From the NCBI GenBank assembly GCA_030700315.1, contig JAUYJO010000106.1, positions 9,336 to 73,335 on the forward strand: 64,000 bases of DNA. Direction: 5' to 3'. Positions 57,972-64,000 of this stretch are shown in pieces. The translations under genes and the position numbers were made by a program. The stretch's first letter is position 1; each line of letters starts with the position of its first letter. Under the pieces are notes generated by a model. That model ran no database searches. It saw only the letters and a program-made list of their open reading frames with translations, and was not told the origin of the DNA. This stretch comes from Gallionella sp. (GTDB lineage Bacteria > Pseudomonadota > Gammaproteobacteria > Burkholderiales > Gallionellaceae).

Positions 57972-60770
57972 GTGAATTCCGATAAAACAAATAATACGAA
58001 TCCTGATGAAGCTTTGTCGGGTGAAGCTTTGCCGGGCAAAACATTGCTGCTGGTGGACGGATCATCTTTCCTGTATCGCGCGTTCCACGCGATGCCGGAT
58101 TTGCGCAACCGCGAAGGTTTTCCGACCGGCGCAATCTACGGCGTGCTCAACATGCTGCGCCGCCTGCGCCACGATTTTCCGGCGGATTATAGCCTGTGCG
58201 TATTTGATGCAAAAGGCAAAACCTTTCGCGACGACCTGTATCCCGAATACAAGGCGCACCGCCCGGCGATGCCGGATGATCTGGTGAAGCAGATAGAACC
58301 CTTGCACCAGGCCATCATCGCGTCCGGCTGGAAGCTGCTGGCGCAACCCGGCGTGGAAGCCGACGACGTGATTGGCACGCTGGCGCAACAGGCGGCGCAG
58401 GGCGGCGTGCGCTGCATTGTCGCCACCGGAGACAAAGACCTCGCGCAACTGGTGAACGAGCATGTGACGCTGATCAACACCATGAGCAACGAGACGCTGG
58501 ACGTGCCTGGCGTAAACGCCAAATTCGGCGTGCCGCCGGAGCGCATCGTGGACTATCTGACCTTGACCGGCGATGCGGTAGACAACGTGCCGGGCGTGGA
58601 AAAAGTCGGCCCCAAGACTGCGGTGAAATGGCTCACCCAGTACGGCACGCTGGACAACCTGATGCAGCATGCCGGTGAAGTCGGCGGCGTGGTCGGCGAG
58701 AATCTGCGCAAGGCATTAGACTGGTTGCCGCAAGCGCGCCACCTGCTCACGGTGAAATGTGATGTGGAATTGCCGCAGGCATACAGCGAGCTGGCTCCGC
58801 CCCCGCCGGACATGGAACAACTGCGCAGCCTGTATGAAAAATTCGAGTTCAAGACCTGGCTGCGCGAACTTTCTACCCCCTCCCCCTTGCAGGGGGAGGG
58901 TTGGGGTGGGGGTAGAAATTCTCCCGACAACGATGCATTCAGCACTAACCCCAACCGCACCGACAACGCGCACTACGAATCCATCCTCACCGAACCCCAG
59001 CTCGACACCTGGCTGGAAAAATTGCTCGCCGCCGAACTGGCCTGCGTGGATACCGAAACCACCGGCCTCGACGTGATGAACGCGCAACTGGTCGGCATCT
59101 CGTTCGCGATTACGCCGCACCACGCCGCCTATCTGCCGCTCGCGCACATCTATCCCGGCGCGCCGGATCAGCTCAAGCGCGATCATGCATTGCAAAAACT
59201 CAAGCCATGGCTGGAAAGCGCACAGCACAGGAAGCTTGGGCAGAACCTCAAGTACGACCTGCACATCTTCGCCAACCACGGCATCCGGCTGGCGGGCATT
59301 CACGACGACACACTGCTGCAATCCTACGTGCTGGAAAGCCACAAGCCGCACGACATGGACAACCTCGCGCTACGCCATCTCAATGTGCAGACCATCAGCT
59401 ACGCCGAGGTCGTCGGCAAGGGCGCGAAGCAGATATGTTTCGATCAGGTCGATCTCGACACCGCCACGCGCTACGCCGCCGAGGATGCCGATATCACGCT
59501 GCAACTGCATCACGCGCTCGCGCCACAGATCGAAGTGCAGAGCGGATTGCAGCATGTGTACCGCGACATCGAGCTGCCGAGCATGCATGTGCTGTACACG
59601 ATGGAACGCAACGGCGTGCTGCTCGACTGCGACCTGCTGAAAATCCAGAGCCGCGAACTGGGCGAGAAACTGCTCGCGTTGGAGGCCCGCGCGCACGAAG
59701 CCGCCGGGCAGCCATTCAACCTGAATTCGCCGAAGCAACTCAGAGAAATCCTGTTCGACAAACTGCAATTGCCGGTAAAGAAAAAGACGCCGGGCGGCGA
59801 TCCGTCTACCGACGAAGAAGTGTTGCAGGAACTGGCGCTCGATTACCCGCTGCCGAAAATCCTGCTCGATTATCGCGGCATGGCGAAGCTCAAATCTACC
59901 TACACCGACAAGCTGCCGCAGATGGTTGATCGCAAGACCGGGCGCGTGCACACCAGCTACTCGCAGGCGGTCGCCGTCACCGGGCGGCTCGCCTCCAGCG
60001 ACCCCAACCTGCAGAACATCCCGGTGCGCACCGCCGAAGGCCGACGCATCCGCGAGGCGTTCATAGCGCCGCCCGGCAGCCGCATCGTCTCGGCGGATTA
60101 CTCGCAGATCGAACTGCGCATCATGGCGCACCTGTCCGGCGACGCAGGGCTGCTGCATTCCTTCGCCAACAACGAAGACATCCACCGCGCCACCGCCGCC
60201 GAAATTTTCATGGTCGCGCCCGCCGAGGTGGACAGCGAACAGCGCCGCTACGCCAAGGTCATCAACTTCGGCCTGATCTACGGCATGTCCGCCTTCGGCC
60301 TCGCCAAACAGCTCGGCATCGAACGCAGCGCCGCGACCGCCTACATCGACCGCTACTTCGCGCGCTATCCCGGCATCGCCGACTACATGCAGCGCACCCG
60401 CGATCAGGCCAAACAGCAAGGCTATGTCGAGACCGTGTTCGGGCGGCGTTTATGGCTGCCGGAGATCAATGCCAGCAACGGCATGAAACGCCAGGGTGCC
60501 GAACGCGCCGCGATCAACGCGCCGATGCAGGGCACGGCGGCAGACTTAATTAAACTGGCGATGATTAAAGTGCAGCACTGGCTGGAACAGGAAAAACTGC
60601 ACAGCCGCCTGATCATGCAAGTACACGACGAACTGGTGCTGGAAGTGCCTGAGGCTGAGCTACACCTGATTAAAGACATGCTGCCCAAACTGATGTGCGG
60701 CGTCGCCGAATTGAAAGTGCCGCTGCTGGTGGAGCTGGGCGAGGGGAAGAATTGGGACGAGGCGCATTGA
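57972..60770 (+). CDS. polA: DNA polymerase I
   Basis: LVDGSS.LYRAFHA, EADDVIGT, DTETT, YAAEDAD, SADYSQIELR, AKVINFGLIYG, QVHDEL. Exact start uncertain. Confidence 0.98.
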   Translation: MNSDKTNNTNPDEALSGEALPGKTLLLVDGSSFLYRAFHAMPDLRNREGFPTGAIYGVLNMLRRLRHDFPADYSLCVFDAKGKTFRDDLYPEYKAHRPAMPDDLVKQIEPLHQAIIASGWKLLAQPGVEADDVIGTLAQQAAQGGVRCIVATGDKDLAQLVNEHVTLINTMSNETLDVPGVNAKFGVPPERIVDYLTLTGDAVDNVPGVEKVGPKTAVKWLTQYGTLDNLMQHAGEVGGVVGENLRKALDWLPQARHLLTVKCDVELPQAYSELAPPPPDMEQLRSLYEKFEFKTWLRELSTPSPLQGEGWGGGRNSPDNDAFSTNPNRTDNAHYESILTEPQLDTWLEKLLAAELACVDTETTGLDVMNAQLVGISFAITPHHAAYLPLAHIYPGAPDQLKRDHALQKLKPWLESAQHRKLGQNLKYDLHIFANHGIRLAGIHDDTLLQSYVLESHKPHDMDNLALRHLNVQTISYAEVVGKGAKQICFDQVDLDTATRYAAEDADITLQLHHALAPQIEVQSGLQHVYRDIELPSMHVLYTMERNGVLLDCDLLKIQSRELGEKLLALEARAHEAAGQPFNLNSPKQLREILFDKLQLPVKKKTPGGDPSTDEEVLQELALDYPLPKILLDYRGMAKLKSTYTDKLPQMVDRKTGRVHTSYSQAVAVTGRLASSDPNLQNIPVRTAEGRRIREAFIAPPGSRIVSADYSQIELRIMAHLSGDAGLLHSFANNEDIHRATAAEIFMVAPAEVDSEQRRYAKVINFGLIYGMSAFGLAKQLGIERSAATAYIDRYFARYPGIADYMQRTRDQAKQQGYVETVFGRRLWLPEINASNGMKRQGAERAAINAPMQGTAADLIKLAMIKVQHWLEQEKLHSRLIMQVHDELVLEVPEAELHLIKDMLPKLMCGVAELKVPLLVELGEGKNWDEAH
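58876..58915. repeat. Palindromic element translated inside the polA interdomain linker
   Basis: CCCCCTCCCCCTTGCAGGGGGAGGGTTGGGGTGGGGGTAG encodes PSPLQGEGWGGG. Matches the non-coding element at 23193. Confidence 0.88.
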
Positions 60771-60774
60771 GCGC

Positions 60775-60978
60775 ATGCCGGGGGTTGACCGGCGGCAAGT
60801 TACTTTTCTTGTCTTGGCAAGAAAAGTAACCAAAAGAAACCGCCCCCGGTTTGCCGCCCCTTCGGGGTTCCCTGCGTTGCTCGACTGGTCAGGCGGCTGC
60901 GGAACTCGCGCTGCGCGCTCAGGCAGTCCTCGCCGAAATCCCCTGACCAGCCTGCGCTACTCGGCGGCGCACAGGGGA
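60775..60978. repeat. ~200-bp structured non-coding element after polA
   Basis: Perfect 13-bp stem GTTACTTTTCTTG-N6-CAAGAAAAGTAAC (60799-60830) plus CTGGTCAGG...CCTGACCAG pairing. Only one copy in the window. Confidence 0.6.
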
Positions 60979-61108
60979 TGGAAAGTCAAAAGCGAAAGGC
61001 AAACATGGTGGTCAATGCCCGCCATGTTCAAGCCCATAGGTAAAACAATTTGGCTCCGGCACATTTCGCTTTTCAAGTCAGGCGTTGCACTTTAAATTTT
61101 AACTCGCG

Positions 61109-61909
61109 ATGAGAAAAACCATGTCAGATGTCAGAATAAGCACAGAGGATTTTGCAACCCACGTTCACAGTGGCGAGTTTCGAAATGCAGTTGCTGGAAT
61201 GATGGGGCAAAATCCCAAAGGAATCGCCCGCTCTAAGAATCTACTAATTGAATTCGAGCAACTCGACTCCACTCATCGGGAATCGATGTTGGCATGGTGT
61301 CGTTTGCCAGCTGAGAAATTACCGGTGACTAATCAAAGGTGGTATGTCGAAGAAATCGCCCGCCATGAAATGGCTCACATTGTTGTGGCTAAAGCCTTCG
61401 GCTTTAGCACCGGTGATACAACTTTAGTTTTACATAGCCCAGATGGTTCGCATCAAGGAACCTCAGTTGTAAATTTGGATTGCCCGACTACCTCGCTGGA
61501 GGAAGTCTCTGCCTACCTCGACCGTCGTGTAATTATTTTGCTCGCCGGGTATATAGCTGAGTCAGCTGATGCTTCTGAGCGCAAATCCGGTGCATATCGC
61601 GCTGTTCAAAGCATGCACGCCGAGTCTGACGTGCAAAAGGCGAGGGAGCTGATACAAGTTAAATTAAACATTCAAGGGCTCACGCGTCCGAATGCACCCG
61701 ATGAGATGCTTCGAGCTCTAGTGCGGCAGGCTTCAAAAATTGTTGAAGCGAACTTCTGTGTCATATCAGCTTTGGCGCAACGATTTGCGGATCGAATCGA
61801 GTACTACGAACAGCGGATTGGTTGGGAAGGTAGTGAAATTGACAAAGAGCCGGAGGTTCAGCAAATATCAGGCCCAAGGGGAATTGACCTAGCCTGGTTT
61901 CGAGGCTGA
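61109..61909 (+). CDS. Hypothetical protein with a standalone M41 (FtsH)-like HExxH peptidase domain
   Basis: ARHEMAHIVVA, ILLAGYIAE, SDVQKA parallel the FtsH protease motifs. No AAA domain. Visibly lower GC than polA. Confidence 0.65.
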   Translation: MRKTMSDVRISTEDFATHVHSGEFRNAVAGMMGQNPKGIARSKNLLIEFEQLDSTHRESMLAWCRLPAEKLPVTNQRWYVEEIARHEMAHIVVAKAFGFSTGDTTLVLHSPDGSHQGTSVVNLDCPTTSLEEVSAYLDRRVIILLAGYIAESADASERKSGAYRAVQSMHAESDVQKARELIQVKLNIQGLTRPNAPDEMLRALVRQASKIVEANFCVISALAQRFADRIEYYEQRIGWEGSEIDKEPEVQQISGPRGIDLAWFRG

Positions 61910-61918
61910 CGCAGCCCG

Positions 61919-61995
61919 GTAGGCTGGGGTAAGGTACGCACCCCAGCGTTTCAAGGTTGCCCGATGCTGGGTTTCGCAGGCTCACCCCAGCCTAC
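61919..61995. repeat. GTAG-type REP doublet overlapping the relE stop codon
   Basis: GTAGGCTGGGGT...ACCCCAGC...GCTGGGTT...ACCCCAGCCTAC. Confidence 0.88.
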
Positions 61996-62279
61996 GCCTC
62001 CAACCTCATCCGCAACTCTTCATACACATCATCCCGCGTCGCCACCGACAGAATCGTCAGCAGCCGTTTGGCGTCGTTGACGTGGTAAATCAAACGGAAT
62101 TGCGGCGTGGTGATTTTTATCTTGTAGCAATCGGGTAATTCGCGCAGCGCATCTTTTGTTACGCGCGGGTGCTTGAGGCGTTCGCTGGCGAGTTTTTCCT
62201 TGAAGCGGCGCTTGATGCTGCCATCCAGTTTCGCCCATTCCTTCTCGGCGTCCGGATGGATGGCAAGTTCATAGCTCAT
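61992..62279 (-). CDS. relE: RelE/StbE-family toxin
   Basis: YEL..H.DA.KEW.KLD.SI...FK.KL..RL..P, DCYKIK....FRLIY.V. Confidence 0.9.
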   Translation of the reverse strand: MSYELAIHPDAEKEWAKLDGSIKRRFKEKLASERLKHPRVTKDALRELPDCYKIKITTPQFRLIYHVNDAKRLLTILSVATRDDVYEELRMRLEA

Positions 62280-62526
62280 CCAGCTTGACCTTGCGCGCCT
62301 TGCCCAGCGTCGCCAAGCGGCTTTTCGCACGGTTCTCGGCGATGCGGTCGGCGATGGAGTCGAGCATGGCTTCCATCATCCGGGGAGAGATGATGTAACC
62401 GGCGGGTTTGTTGTGGTTGAGGATGGCGACGGCCTGATCCTCGTCCTCCGCACGTTTGAGGATGCGCGTGGGCGACTCGCGCAATTCGGTGACGCCGATG
62501 GTGATCCCTGCATGAATAGCGTTCAT
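62269..62526 (-). CDS. Phd/YefM (StbD-like) antitoxin
   Basis: I.VTELR.SP, VAILNHNKPAGY, terminal VKLDEL. Overlaps the toxin start. Confidence 0.88.
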   Translation of the reverse strand: MNAIHAGITIGVTELRESPTRILKRAEDEDQAVAILNHNKPAGYIISPRMMEAMLDSIADRIAENRAKSRLATLGKARKVKLDEL

Positions 62527-62674
62527 GATTCTGTCCTGAATAACGTACGGTAGAAGTATGCGGGCTTGTGGGTTGCGAGTCAATATTTTATGTGGCATAG
62601 CCAGGCAAGAGTGCGCTCGCGCACCGATCAATCCGCTAAACCAAGGCATCATTCACCTCGACATTGTTAAGCAA

Positions 62675-62719
62675 GGGTGCGTTTCATGCACCAAGAATTC
62701 TGGTGCATGAAACGCACCC
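62675..62719. repeat. Perfect 19-bp inverted repeat (REP-like, GTAG ends decayed)
   Basis: GGGTGCGTTTCATGCACCA-AGAATTC-TGGTGCATGAAACGCACCC. Confidence 0.8.
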
Positions 62720-62866
62720 ATGTTGATGGGTGCTATCGCCGAATTTAACATGCCGTTGCTGGCGGAGCTGAGCGAGGGGGAGAATTGAGATGAGGCGCAT
62801 TAATACGAATTTTGGCGGGGAACGAGCATAGCAAAGCTTTGAACTTTCGGCTAAAACGTAACGACT

Positions 62867-62925
62867 GATGAAACGACTAGCCATCTGACTAACCCAGCAA
62901 AAAACGCTGGGCAAGTCATTGGTTA
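62867..62925 (+). repeat. Copy of the ~60-bp hairpin element
   Basis: GATGAAACG-ACTAGCCATCTGACTAACCCAGC-AAAAAC-GCTGGGCAAGTCATTGGTTAT. Confidence 0.8.
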
Positions 62926-62963
62926 TTCCGCCGTATGGGCACGACAACGTGGTGCGTTGCTTT

Positions 62964-63035
62964 GTAGGCAACCGGCGGACACCCACAGGGTGCAAGAACC
63001 TCTTAGAGGTAACGCCTGCGGCTCATTCGCCCTAC
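62964..63035. repeat. Degenerate GTAG...CTAC REP
   Basis: TTGTAGG ... GCCTGCGGCTCATTCGCCCTACAA. Right arm resembles the 8228-8307 subfamily. Confidence 0.5.
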
Positions 63036-63123
63036 AAGGTTTCTGTCTTATGCAGGTTTATTCACGATCGAAGTTGCCGCCGATTTTCGGTGGGCACACT
63101 TGTTTCAAAAAGGAGGTTGCATC

Positions 63124-64000
63124 GTGGATCATGACAAATATCTTCACAGTTTCACCCAGGGAATACGTCACGCCTTCTCCCATGTAGTGATTACCCTGCT
63201 GGCGGTGGGCATCGCTTTTTCCCTGCCGATGATAGCGAAATCCATACTGCTTTATTGGCCTGAGATTGAAGGAAATTCGCAATTGCAGATTTTTATGGAA
63301 ATCAGCTTTGCCATAGTGCTGGTGCTGCTGTTCAATTTCTCGAAGATTGCCTGGGACGGATGGCGCAGCATGCGCATGAACAAGATCGCATCGCTTGTGT
63401 ATGCACGGGAGGGGCGTGACTGGATGTCGCGCTGGAAGGAGCGGGATATGCGCAAGAAAATTGCCAGCGTGCGTGATGTGTACATCATGTCGATCACCGG
63501 CTACGACACGTTCAGCTCGGAAAGCTGCGAGTTGCAACAGCAGGCGCTGGATTTGGCTTATGAAATTCGCGTGATGCTGGCAAACCCCTATGGCAAAGGT
63601 GTCGCCAGCCGGGTACAGTCGCTGAGTGGCCCGGAGGCCATGCTCCAGTCCTATCGCCATGAAACTGAGGTGAGCATCGCCTATTTGTGCAAACTTACTG
63701 CCGCAGGAAAAAAGGTTAAGCTCAAATTCTATGAAGAGCCGCCGTTCTGGAAGCTGGTAGTGGCTGGCGAATATGTCTGGGTCCAGTACTGCCGTGACGG
63801 CCACGAGATCAAGACCCAGCCGGAGTATGTATTCGGGCTTCAGCATGGCAACCCCCAGCGGGGGTTTTTCGAACCCTTTTACAAGCACTTTCTCGACCAG
63901 TGGAATGATCCGCGCCACCCCGAGTTCAATTTCGAAACCAGCGAGCTGGTCTATCGCAATGGGGATGGCAATGAAATTCAGCGGGGGGCTTTTCCGCTCC
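63124..64000 (+). CDS. Uncharacterised membrane protein (2 TM + soluble domain), runs off the window end
   Basis: AGGAGG RBS, GTG at 63124, frame open to 64000 (MDHDKYLHSFTQGIRHAFSHVVITLLAVGIAFSLP...). Missing from the ORF track because it has no stop within the window. Confidence 0.8.
   Translation, partial: MDHDKYLHSFTQGIRHAFSHVVITLLAVGIAFSLPMIAKSILLYWPEIEGNSQLQIFMEISFAIVLVLLFNFSKIAWDGWRSMRMNKIASLVYAREGRDWMSRWKERDMRKKIASVRDVYIMSITGYDTFSSESCELQQQALDLAYEIRVMLANPYGKGVASRVQSLSGPEAMLQSYRHETEVSIAYLCKLTAAGKKVKLKFYEEPPFWKLVVAGEYVWVQYCRDGHEIKTQPEYVFGLQHGNPQRGFFEPFYKHFLDQWNDPRHPEFNFETSELVYRNGDGNEIQRGAFPL

Noticed and set aside
62930-63110. Possible riboswitch upstream of the last gene
   Set aside because: No riboswitch consensus recognised. 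The structure is accounted for by a decayed REP and the 60-bp element.
63058-63918. 286-aa minus-strand ORF
   Set aside because: The plus-strand frame from GTG 63124 has an AGGAGG RBS and TM helices, so it is the more plausible gene.

Overview
Chromosomal window of a GC-rich betaproteobacterium, probably Nitrosomonadales/Gallionellaceae-like (inferred from gene order and protein style, not from a search). The backbone is fimV-(ecfT-like)-truA-trpF-trpB-trpA-accD-folC-dedD-cvpA-purF, then EVE/TauE/CtaA-like/PfkB genes, a solitary nirS followed by a TonB receptor, an FmdE-like gene and a hemerythrin gene, then lapA-like/tamB/tamA, a GGDEF-EAL gene, a P-type ATPase, uvrD, thrH, LOG and polA. There are two accessory defence regions. 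(1) A decayed island after purF: a gene stub, a MITE, an N-truncated RecQ-PRTase, DprA and a VapBC pair. (2) A type I R-M locus split between hsdS and hsdR by an AbiE pair and a three-gene cassette: ParB-like protein + Mrr-like PD-(D/E)xK nuclease + convergent 5mC methyltransferase, preceded by a phased 10-bp repeat array. That cassette is the best candidate for an undescribed system. The window also carries several families of small palindromic elements. These nest inside each other, supply stop codons, sit at deletion scars and are translated in frame inside folC (twice), hsdM, uvrD and polA. No rRNA, tRNA, CRISPR array or transposase gene was recognised. All product calls are from motif recognition by eye.
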